Origin: Candidatus Poribacteria bacterium
Lineage (GTDB): Bacteria > Poribacteria > WGA-4E > GCA-2687025
Direction: 5' to 3'
DNA length: 64,000 nucleotides
NCBI GenBank assembly: GCA_026004875.1
Contig: BPJZ01000004.1
Span: 44,728-108,727 of the forward strand
A program made the translations under genes and the position numbers. The notes under the pieces were generated by a model. That model searched no databases, had not been told where the DNA came from, and worked only from the letters and a program-made list of their open reading frames with translations. How positions within the stretch are numbered: the stretch's first letter is position 1; every line of letters begins with the position of its first letter. Below, piece after piece: positions 1 to 9,622 of this stretch.

Positions 1-1
1 C

Positions 2-835
2 GCCGGCGAGGAGCGCGGGCAGCTTTTGGACCAGGTGGCACAGGAGCTTCAACGGATCGAAATCCCTCGCTATCGGCTCCGAGCTCAGTTCCTTGCCGCC
101 CACGCACTGCTGGAGAAGGGCGAAGCCGCCGAAGCGGGTCGCCGGTTTCAGGCGCTTGCTCGGGCGGAGAACGGGAGTTTAGGCCTGTTTGCTCAGATCG
201 GCTACGGCGCTGCGCTCGAGGTCCAAGAGGACTGGGAAGGGGCGTTGAACGCCTACGATGAGGCCGCGCTTTCGGCCTACCGCTCCGCTCCGGGCTACGA
301 CGTGGCCTGGGTGGACGCCGCCTTTGGCCGGGGGCGAGCGGCCCGACGACTAGGCCGCCCCGACCTGGCGCGAGCGGCCTATCGGTCGGTCGTCGAGCGG
401 CACCGACAGGCGCGAGACGCCGCCCTCCAGGCGCGTGAGCAGACGCTCAACCGGCGAATCCGAGAATTCATCCAGGAACATCAAGGGGCCGCTGCTGGAG
501 CCGATCTGTTAGCGCTCTCTCAGCGACTGGACGAATGGATTCGAGCAACGCTCCAGAAGCCGGAGGCCCAACAACGCGGGCTCGACGAGGCCGTTCGTCT
601 GTTGGACGAGGCGGACGCGTACCGCTCGGCGTTAGTCGAGGCGCGACGGGCCGAAGCGCGCGGCGACGACGACAGCGCGCTGTTCTCCTATCAGACGGCC
701 GTCGGAGAGGAGATCGTCGTTCCGACCTTCGATCACTACCGACGGGCGCTCCTAGAACTGGAGCGCCTGGGATCGCTAGGTCTTCAACCCCAGGCGGAGG
801 GCACCCAGCCGGCATCGGTCCCAACGCCGAAGTAG
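2..835 (+). CDS. TPR-like alpha-helical protein, 5' truncated by window edge
   Basis: Frame is open from position 2. Ala/Leu/Tyr helical TPR-like patterns (AQIGYGAALE..EDWEGALNAYD; AAFGRGRAARRLG...ARAAY). Confidence 0.6.
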   Translation, partial: AGEERGQLLDQVAQELQRIEIPRYRLRAQFLAAHALLEKGEAAEAGRRFQALARAENGSLGLFAQIGYGAALEVQEDWEGALNAYDEAALSAYRSAPGYDVAWVDAAFGRGRAARRLGRPDLARAAYRSVVERHRQARDAALQAREQTLNRRIREFIQEHQGAAAGADLLALSQRLDEWIRATLQKPEAQQRGLDEAVRLLDEADAYRSALVEARRAEARGDDDSALFSYQTAVGEEIVVPTFDHYRRALLELERLGSLGLQPQAEGTQPASVPTPK

Positions 836-865
836 TTGTCTCGAACGCCGGGGAGGAGAGCCGTT

Positions 866-1246
866 ATGCCCTACTTCCGGGCGATACACACCGTTGTTCT
901 CAAGCCGGAGGTGGACCCGGAGGAGTTTGAGCGGTTCATGCTGGAAGAGTTTCTTCCCGCCAAGCGCCGGCTCCCAGGGTGTTTGGACGCGCAGCTTTTG
1001 CGCGGCTACAAAGGTTACCTTCCCGGCGTCGCGCGAGCGCGAGTGGATTATGCCTGGATCACGCTTTGGGAGAGCGTTGAGGCCAACAACGCCGTCTGGT
1101 CCGACGGCGAGGAGCACCGAACCCCCTCCCCCCTCCAGGCGCCGCTGGCGAAGCTCTACACTTACGCCAGCGCCGTCACCCTGATCGGGGGATTTACCGT
1201 TGTCGCAAGAGAGGAGAGCGCACCGGTCGTTCCGGCCGGTGCTTAA
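866..1246 (+). CDS. Small dimeric alpha+beta barrel (ABM/Dabb-like) hypothetical protein
   Basis: ATG at 866 after a GGAGGA RBS. Pattern '[17 protein letters not shown]...[11 protein letters not shown]...[12 protein letters not shown]' is typical of ABM-fold proteins. Confidence 0.55.
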   Translation: MPYFRAIHTVVLKPEVDPEEFERFMLEEFLPAKRRLPGCLDAQLLRGYKGYLPGVARARVDYAWITLWESVEANNAVWSDGEEHRTPSPLQAPLAKLYTYASAVTLIGGFTVVAREESAPVVPAGA

Positions 1247-1293
1247 CCGCTCCGGCAGGGCGCCGGAAGCATCCAGGAGGCACAGAGGACAAG

Positions 1294-2364
1294 ATGGGAA
1301 AGGTCCGAATCGCCATCGTCGGCGCAGGGAACTGCGCTTCGGCACTCGTCCAGGGGCTCTATTACTATCGGAACACGCCGGATGAGGAGTTCGTTCCGGG
1401 ACTGATGCACGTCCGACTAGGGGGTTATCACGTTGGCGACGTGGAGGTGGTCGCCGCCTTTGATGTGGACGAACAGAAGGTCGGAAAGGACCTCTCCGAG
1501 GCGCTCCGCGTGCCGCTGAACAACACAATTCAGTTTGCGGAGATTCCCAAAATGGACGTCCCCGTCCTGCGCGGCCCGACGTTGGACGGGCTGGGGAAGT
1601 ACTACCGGCAGACGATCCAGGAGTCGGATCAGGAGCCAGTGGACGTCGCGCGGGTCCTCCAAGAGACCAACGCCGACATTCTCGTGAACTATCTTCCCGT
1701 CGGCAGCGAGCGGGCGACACGCTGGTACATGGAGCAGGCTCTCAAGGCCGGGGTTGGGGTAGTCAACTGCATTCCGGTCTTCATCGCGCGGGACCCCTCT
1801 TGGGCGAAGCGCTTTGAGGAGGCTGGGCTCCCCATCGTTGGGGACGACATCAAGGCTCAGGTCGGTGCGACGATCGTCCATCGGGTGCTGACTCGTCTCC
1901 TGAACGATCGGGGGGTGCTCCTGGAGCGCACCTCGCAGCTCAACGTCGGAGGGAACATGGACTTCATGAACATGCTCGAAAAGGAGCGGCTGGAGTCCAA
2001 ACGGATCAGCAAGACCGACGCGGTGACCTCACAGCTCAGCTACAAGGTGGACCCGCGCAACGTCTACATCGGTCCTAGCGACTACGTCCCATGGCTGGAG
2101 GACCGGAAGTGGTGCTACCTGTACATCGAAGGCCGGGAGTTTGGAGACGTGCCGGTTCGGATCGAACTGAAGTTGGAGGTCTGGGACTCCCCGAACTCGG
2201 CGGGCGTGGCAATTGACGCCATCCGGTGCTGCAAGCTGGCGCTGGACCGAGGAATCGCCGGGGCGCTGATCGGCCCCAGCGCCTACTTCATGAAGTCCCC
2301 ACCGGTCCAGTACACAGACGCTGAAGCCCATGAGATGGTCGAACAGTTCATCGCCGGGCGTTAG
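1294..2364 (+). CDS. ino1: myo-inositol-3-phosphate synthase
   Basis: [51 protein letters not shown] and YFMKSPP motifs. Confidence 0.95.
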   Translation: MGKVRIAIVGAGNCASALVQGLYYYRNTPDEEFVPGLMHVRLGGYHVGDVEVVAAFDVDEQKVGKDLSEALRVPLNNTIQFAEIPKMDVPVLRGPTLDGLGKYYRQTIQESDQEPVDVARVLQETNADILVNYLPVGSERATRWYMEQALKAGVGVVNCIPVFIARDPSWAKRFEEAGLPIVGDDIKAQVGATIVHRVLTRLLNDRGVLLERTSQLNVGGNMDFMNMLEKERLESKRISKTDAVTSQLSYKVDPRNVYIGPSDYVPWLEDRKWCYLYIEGREFGDVPVRIELKLEVWDSPNSAGVAIDAIRCCKLALDRGIAGALIGPSAYFMKSPPVQYTDAEAHEMVEQFIAGR

Positions 2365-2467
2365 TTCGGCCAGTTCCCAAAACGATTGAGAGCTAAACAG
2401 GGCGATCCCGGACGGGATCGCCCTGTTGCCGTATTCTGCAAGCTCCCCAAAGACGAAAGGAGAGAGG

Positions 2468-5080
2468 ATGCGACTAGGGCTTTATTGCTGCTGGGCGCTG
2501 GTGGTCGTCGGATGGGTCAACCCCAAGACCAGCACCGCGGAGCCGTCGCTGCTGCTAAACGGGACCTTTGAGACAGGCACCGAAGGATGGTCGCTCAGCC
2601 TTTGGCCGTCGGGCGAGCCGGACGAGGTCGCACGGGCGTTCTTTCGGACAGAACGGGTCGCTCATTCCGGACAAGCCTCGTTGGCGGTAGACACCTCGGC
2701 GTTTCTGGGGCGTGAATTGACGTTAGTCGCCAACGGACGGATCGGTGAAGGTATTCTCTCCCTCCGTGGGCGGGAGGTCGTCGTTTCGGGCTGGGTGTAC
2801 GCCGAGCCAGGGACGGCCCTCCGCCCGATGAGGATGCGCCTTCGGACGTTTGGCCGTAATCCAACAGGGGAGAGCGTCTATGTGGGGGACGGCCCTTCGC
2901 TAGTCGTCTATCCAGAGCTCGGTCGGTGGAGCCGCTTTCAGGCGCGGGGGCGTCTCCCGGAGGCCGAGTTCACCAGCGCGGACCTCCACTGTTCCATCCG
3001 ACCCGATTTAGTCCCAACTAGGTTCTACCTGGACGACCTGCGAGTCGAGGCCGACGAGCCGCCGGCGCTGCAGTTGAGCGTTTTGCGCGACGCCCTCTGG
3101 AGCGACGAGAGAACACTACCGGTTCAGGTGCGCTGGAACCCAGCCCGGTGGGAAGGCGGCCCACCGGCACGGATACGATTCGTCCTGCTCTCCGAAGACG
3201 GCCAGCCGGTCGAAGAGTGGAGCCGCCCGGCACAAGAGACGATCTTTGGACTGGTCTTCTCCCGGCCGCTTGAGGAGGGGAGCTACCACCTCCGCGCGGA
3301 GCTACTCGACCCAGTCGGCGGCCTCCTGGCAACGGACGAACGCCCCCTGATCGCTCTTGAAAGCCCGTGGAAAGGGATGCCTTCAATCCAGTTGCCGGAT
3401 GAGAAAGAGTCGCCGTCCGGGGACGCCGTCCCGGAGGCCTATTTGGCGACGGGAACCCAGGCGCCGACCGATCTTCCCGACCGTCTTCCTGTACAGGCGG
3501 AGCCGGAGAGCCCCGACCTGGACCTTTCAGAAGAGGCCACGCGCGGATACGTGGTGTTCTCCCGCCACTATTTGGAACCGAGCTCGCGGAGGGCCCGTCC
3601 GCGGCCGGGAGAGGTAGGGCCCGTACGGCTTTTTGCCGCGCGCGGGGAGTATGAGCCGGCAACTCTTTCGGTCTGGGCGCAAGAGCCCTTAAAGGCCTTG
3701 AAGGTCAAGGCGGGGCCCCTTCTGGGCGAGCGAGGGGCGACGATCGGTGCGGAGCAGGTTAGCGTTCGGCTGGTCCGAGAGATCGAGGGCCTTCCCCGCT
3801 TCTTAGAGCGCCGGGAGAGCGTAGACCTGAACGCCGGGGAAACGGCAACCTTCTGGGTGATCGTTCACGTCCCGGAGGGAGTGGAGCCCGGGTTTTATCG
3901 CGGGGAGATGACCGTCTCGGCGGCGAGGCGTCCAACGACGCGGGTAGACCTGATCCTACGCGTGCTTCCGTTTGTCCTGCCGCGTTCGAAGAAAGGCTAC
4001 GGCTTCTGGTGGAAGATGGACGCCCGCTGGAACGGTTATTACTCCCAAGAGCGACAAACGGCCCTGGAACAGATCCGGCGGCAGTTTGTGCTTCTTCGCG
4101 AGTACGGTGTCAACTCGCTTTCGATTTACAGCCTGCCCCGAATGACTCGCGACGCAACGGGCGCCTTTCACTTTGACTTTCAACAGCAGCACTGGAACCA
4201 CGATCCCTATTCGTTCGCGGAGATCGTCCAACTGGGGAAGGAGACGGGCCTTTTCTCTCCAGCGGTTCCGCTCCAGTATCCCGGTGCGGAGGCGTTGCAC
4301 TCACAGTGGATCCGCTTTGACGAGCTAACACGAGAGTCTCCGGAGTTCGACGCCTTCTATCGGGAGGCCGTCCGTCGAATCGACGAGTGGGCAAAGGAGC
4401 AAGGGATTACGCTCGCGTTCGCCGTCGTGGACGAGATCGGCAACTCCGAGGAGCGACGACGCGAGGCACTTCGCTTTTATCGCCTGGCGACAGAAGCGGA
4501 TGTGCTCACTTCGGTGACGGACAATTCGATGCACGGCGGCGTGCACCTGATGGGCCAGGAGCGTTTTGACGCGATCGTTCGGATGCGGGTGTACAACTTC
4601 ATCGTACCGGAGATGATCGAGGACGCACGGGCGTCTGGGGATTCCCTTTGGCTCTACAACCTTTCCAGCGGCGGCTGGGACGGAAAGCGAGATCGGTTTC
4701 TGTTTGGTCGGTTCACCGAGCGCGTCGGAGCAGAAGGAAACCTGCAATGGGCCTTCCAGTGGCCCAGCGGCAATCGGAGTCCGTACCAGGCCGCAGCTGC
4801 TGGAGAGCGCACCGGATACCACTACGCCCTTCCGGCGCCCGACGGGCCGTTACCGACGCTCGGACTGGAGGGCGTTCGAGAGGGGATCGATGACGCCCGC
4901 TATCTGGAGCTGCTTCGACGCAGGCGTCCCGAACGAGTTGAAGCGCTCCTTGAGGACATCCCCCTTTACAGCTTTCGGATTGAGGAGTATTTGGACTCGC
5001 GAGGCGGTGCGAGCTTCGAGGCCTGGCGCTGGCGAGTGGCGCGAGAAATTCTCAGAGCGGAGAGCGGTTTCAAGCGCTGA
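2468..5080 (+). CDS. Secreted glycoside hydrolase-like protein (CBM4/9-like N-terminus, GH123/DUF4091-like C-terminus)
   Basis: Signal peptide, LLNGTFE..GW carbohydrate-binding-module start, 'LFAARGEYEP' motif, 'VDE' motif and C-terminal 'LEGVREGIDDARYL'. Confidence 0.65.
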   Translation: MRLGLYCCWALVVVGWVNPKTSTAEPSLLLNGTFETGTEGWSLSLWPSGEPDEVARAFFRTERVAHSGQASLAVDTSAFLGRELTLVANGRIGEGILSLRGREVVVSGWVYAEPGTALRPMRMRLRTFGRNPTGESVYVGDGPSLVVYPELGRWSRFQARGRLPEAEFTSADLHCSIRPDLVPTRFYLDDLRVEADEPPALQLSVLRDALWSDERTLPVQVRWNPARWEGGPPARIRFVLLSEDGQPVEEWSRPAQETIFGLVFSRPLEEGSYHLRAELLDPVGGLLATDERPLIALESPWKGMPSIQLPDEKESPSGDAVPEAYLATGTQAPTDLPDRLPVQAEPESPDLDLSEEATRGYVVFSRHYLEPSSRRARPRPGEVGPVRLFAARGEYEPATLSVWAQEPLKALKVKAGPLLGERGATIGAEQVSVRLVREIEGLPRFLERRESVDLNAGETATFWVIVHVPEGVEPGFYRGEMTVSAARRPTTRVDLILRVLPFVLPRSKKGYGFWWKMDARWNGYYSQERQTALEQIRRQFVLLREYGVNSLSIYSLPRMTRDATGAFHFDFQQQHWNHDPYSFAEIVQLGKETGLFSPAVPLQYPGAEALHSQWIRFDELTRESPEFDAFYREAVRRIDEWAKEQGITLAFAVVDEIGNSEERRREALRFYRLATEADVLTSVTDNSMHGGVHLMGQERFDAIVRMRVYNFIVPEMIEDARASGDSLWLYNLSSGGWDGKRDRFLFGRFTERVGAEGNLQWAFQWPSGNRSPYQAAAAGERTGYHYALPAPDGPLPTLGLEGVREGIDDARYLELLRRRRPERVEALLEDIPLYSFRIEEYLDSRGGASFEAWRWRVAREILRAESGFKR

Positions 5081-5081
5081 G

Positions 5082-5981
5082 CTATCCCATTCGAGCACGA
5101 GGATGAAGCGCGTCGTAAAGCCGCCGGAGCCGCTCCCTCGTCACGTGGGTATAGATCTGGGTTGTCGTCAAACTCGCGTGGCCTAAAAGCTCCTGCACGG
5201 ATCGGAGATCGGCCCCTCGGTCCAGTAGGTGGGTCGCAAAACTGTGCCGAAGCGTGTGCGGCGAGACGCGCTTTTTGATCCCGGCCTGCTTCAAGTAGAA
5301 CTGAAGCCGGTAGCGCACCGCCCGTGCGCTCAGGCGGGTGCCATGATGGCTCAGGAATAGCGCCTTTGGGTCTTGGACTTGAGCGCAGAGGAGCTCTCGA
5401 ACGCTCAGGTAGTGGCGGAGCGCTTCGGTTGCCGTCCGACCGACCGGAACGATCCTCTCCCTTTGGCCCTTTCCGAGGACACGGAGCGTTCCATCAGGGA
5501 GGAGGTGATCTACGTTCAGAGCGACCGCCTCACCGACGCGCACGCCGGTTGCGTAAAGCAGCTCTAGCAGGGCCCGATCGCGCGCCCCGACGGGGGTTTT
5601 CGGGTCCGGGGTCCCCAACAAGGCTTCCACCTCTTCGACGGTCAGAAACTCCGGAAGTCGGCGCTCCCGATTCGGAGAGCGGATCTGTGCCGTCGGGTTG
5701 GTGGCCAACCGTCCTCCAGCGCGAAGCCATCGGAAGAGGGAGCGAACGGCGGCCAACCGTCGCGCCACCGTTGTGCGGGCCAGGTTCCTTTCCAGAAGGG
5801 AGGCCAGGAAAGCCCGAAGATGGGCCGGACCGACCTCCTCCGCTTGGATTATTTGGCGTCCCTCGCAGAAGGCACAAAACTGTTCCAAATCGCACCGGTA
5901 GGCGCGCACCGTGTGCGGCGAAAGCCGCTCCACCCGCTCCAGATGAACGAGGAACTCCTCGACAACCGCTCTCAGCAACAT
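5082..5981 (-). CDS. xerC: Tyrosine recombinase XerC
   Basis: SPHTVRAYRCDL, LLYATGVRVGE, GKG, HTLRHSFATHLL, LLGH and TQIYTH catalytic motifs; 299 aa. Confidence 0.9.
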   Translation of the reverse strand: MLLRAVVEEFLVHLERVERLSPHTVRAYRCDLEQFCAFCEGRQIIQAEEVGPAHLRAFLASLLERNLARTTVARRLAAVRSLFRWLRAGGRLATNPTAQIRSPNRERRLPEFLTVEEVEALLGTPDPKTPVGARDRALLELLYATGVRVGEAVALNVDHLLPDGTLRVLGKGQRERIVPVGRTATEALRHYLSVRELLCAQVQDPKALFLSHHGTRLSARAVRYRLQFYLKQAGIKKRVSPHTLRHSFATHLLDRGADLRSVQELLGHASLTTTQIYTHVTRERLRRLYDALHPRARMG

Positions 5982-6022
5982 GGCCGCGACACCCCCTGAG
6001 TCATGCTTTCCGCAAAAAGGAC

Positions 6023-6724
6023 TTACGCTCCGGTCGGAGGGAGCGATTCGCCCAGCGCCCAGCGGATACCGTTTCGGAGAAGTTGTCGAAACTGAGGAAG
6101 CGCGAAGTCCTCCGGATGGCCCAGAGAGGTGTAAAACGTCCGGCGCGGCGTCGTCCGCACCCAGGCGACCGGGTTTGGGACCCGTTCCTCCCGTGGGCTA
6201 GGCCCGACCGAGCGGCCCATCAACAGCGGACGGCAGTCCGCCGGCAGCGGCAAGACATAGTACAGCCAGGAGCGCGCAACAAAGGGATAATCCACCCCGT
6301 TCAGAATCGGATCGCCTTCCGCTTCAGGGTGAAGATAAACGACGGTGCTAGACTCATGCCCGTAGTGAAAGCGCCAAGGCGTGCCGAAGACCTCCGCCCC
6401 AAAGTGGTTCCAGATCGCCAAGGGAGAGCCTTCAGGGTACCGAAACGCGTGGGTGGAGGTGCGCAGGCCGACAACGGGCCGCCCCGAGTCCAGATAGGCG
6501 CGGATCGGCTCAAGCTGCTCCGGTGGGAGCTCCCGAAACCGAAGGTAGGTTACCAGACAGTCGGCCTCCTGGAGGGCCTCCAGGCCGGGCAGGTTCTGGC
6601 GATCCTTCGCCTGGAGGAGGCTGACGCTCCAGCCGTACCGCTCCACCAGCTCCCAGGCGACCTGGGGCATCGTGCGCTCCGAACGGTACTCCGCCTCGCC
6701 GATCAGGAAGACCACATGCGGCAT
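6023..6724 (-). CDS. ThuA domain-containing protein
   Basis: From MPHVVFLIGEAEY: GLEALQEADCL, GRPVVGLRTSTHAF and RTFYTSLGHPEDF are typical ThuA-like motifs. Start codon uncertain. Confidence 0.8.
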   Translation of the reverse strand: MPHVVFLIGEAEYRSERTMPQVAWELVERYGWSVSLLQAKDRQNLPGLEALQEADCLVTYLRFRELPPEQLEPIRAYLDSGRPVVGLRTSTHAFRYPEGSPLAIWNHFGAEVFGTPWRFHYGHESSTVVYLHPEAEGDPILNGVDYPFVARSWLYYVLPLPADCRPLLMGRSVGPSPREERVPNPVAWVRTTPRRTFYTSLGHPEDFALPQFRQLLRNGIRWALGESLPPTGA

Positions 6725-6947
6725 TTCGTCTTTGCTCCCATTGGATTGTTCCGCCTTCGACCGATAGGGATCGGTTGGAACCGGTGCAGAGCGTATCCTA
6801 GCAGGGGAGCCGGCAGAAGGAAAGGGCGTCCTCAAGGCGTTCCAACGCTGGGCGAGGGCTAGAAGGGTTCCTACTTGCTCGCGTCCGAAGCCCGTGCAAG
6901 GATGAGATCGGGAGCCCCTCGAAAGATGAGCGCTTCCGGTAGGATCG

Positions 6948-7775
6948 ATGCTTCGCAAGCTGTTCGTTCGCACCTTCTGGACAGTGTACGACCATCTGGG
7001 CTTGCTTCTGCTGGCCAGCCTCGGGTGGACAGCCCTTTCTTGGCCGTGGTGGGGTGGGGTGCTTCTGCTTGCGCGGGCGCTTCGCCCACCGCTGTCGGAG
7101 CTGACCTTGCTCGCGCTGATTCCGGTCACAGCGTTGAACCCGGCAAGCCTTGGACTAGCCGCACTGGCCCGGGAGCTGGTCCGCACCGGTGAGGCCACCG
7201 CTGGCCTCTTCTGGACCGGCCTTCGCCGACACCTGTTTCGCTCGCTGTGGTTGATGGCGTTTGGCGCGCTGGTGGCCTTGATCTTGGGGTCTAGTTGGGC
7301 CGTTTACTCGGCGGAACGTCTCCCTCTGGTGGGCCGGTGGGGGAACCGGATCGCGGCCGGGCTGACCGTCTGGGTGGTCCTTTTTGCCCTCCTGGCCGGA
7401 AGCTATTGGTCGCCGTTGGCCGCGGACCTGAGCGGTCGAAGGATCGGACTGAAGACCGTTCTGTATCGCTCAGCGCTGTTGACTTTGGATAACCCCGGCT
7501 TTACGCTTGGAGTGGCGCTGCTCTGCTGGGCGTCGTGGGCCTTTTGGGCTGCGACCGGTCTGGGGTTGTTTGTTTTGGCTGCCGGATGGTCGGCGGTCCT
7601 TCAACGCCACGCGCGCGACCTGCTCGGGGAGAAGTACGAGGTCGTCGAGACGCTCCGCCAGGAGGGCCGACCGGTCAGCCGCGCCGCCGTACGCGCGGCG
7701 CTTCAAGAACGATGGCGTCAGGAGCCCCAGCGGTCCTGGAGGGAGCTGATCCGCCCCTGGGACGCCCGCTCCTAG
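6948..7775 (+). CDS. Integral membrane protein (DUF624/YesL-like)
   Basis: Several hydrophobic helices; 'FW..YDHL..L', 'FW.G.R.HL.RSL' and 'SALLTLDNPGFTL' pattern. Confidence 0.6.
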   Translation: MLRKLFVRTFWTVYDHLGLLLLASLGWTALSWPWWGGVLLLARALRPPLSELTLLALIPVTALNPASLGLAALARELVRTGEATAGLFWTGLRRHLFRSLWLMAFGALVALILGSSWAVYSAERLPLVGRWGNRIAAGLTVWVVLFALLAGSYWSPLAADLSGRRIGLKTVLYRSALLTLDNPGFTLGVALLCWASWAFWAATGLGLFVLAAGWSAVLQRHARDLLGEKYEVVETLRQEGRPVSRAAVRAALQERWRQEPQRSWRELIRPWDARS

Positions 7776-7791
7776 CAGTGTTCGTTGCTAA

Positions 7792-9138
<1,347 letters not shown>

Positions 9139-9258
9139 GACAAGACTCCGCTGGAACGCTTTGGAAGACCGACGCGTTCCTTAAAGGCACCGGCTGGAGC
9201 GGGGGACCGGGAATCGGTCTGGATCTCGGCGAGAGACCTCACGCTGGAGCTGGTCGAA

Positions 9259-9558
9259 ATGAACGCCGATCGCAGATGGTGGCTGGTTTTAACGGGAATT
9301 CCGCTGCTGCTGCTCATTCTGGTCGGGACGCGAATCGCCCAGGAGTGGGGCGCCTTTCGCCAGGCGCAGGCGATTCGACGGGAGTACCTGGCACGCCGCG
9401 AGCAGCTTCTCCAGGAGCGTTCCCGGCTCCGCCATCTGGTTGAGACGCTCCAGAACGATCCTCTTACCCAGGAGCGGCTGATTCGATCGTTCGGATACGT
9501 GCGCCCCGGTGAGACCGTCTACGTCGTTCCGCGAGAGCCTTCCTCGTCCTCGCCGTAG
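9259..9558 (+). CDS. ftsB: Septum formation initiator FtsB/DivIC family
   Basis: 99 aa with N-terminal TM helix, coiled coil and 'DP..ERLIR.FGYVRPGE' motif; follows eno as in many bacteria. Confidence 0.8.
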   Translation: MNADRRWWLVLTGIPLLLLILVGTRIAQEWGAFRQAQAIRREYLARREQLLQERSRLRHLVETLQNDPLTQERLIRSFGYVRPGETVYVVPREPSSSSP

Positions 9559-9622
9559 CGGCAGAAGGGACGCCTTCAGGCCTTCGGAGGGAGCTCCCAC
9601 GAGGTTCAAGCTGCTCGTCTTC

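Noticed and set aside
5082-5981. Phage or island integrase
   Set aside because: Size and motifs fit housekeeping XerC. I saw no att repeats, tRNA, phage genes or dif site nearby.
5324-6862. Long antisense or alternative-frame ORFs (e.g. 5324-6862 +, 24470-25648 -, 40242-41552 -, 57622-58605 -)
   Set aside because: These are shadow ORFs overlapping well-identified genes, as expected at high GC, with no recognisable motifs.
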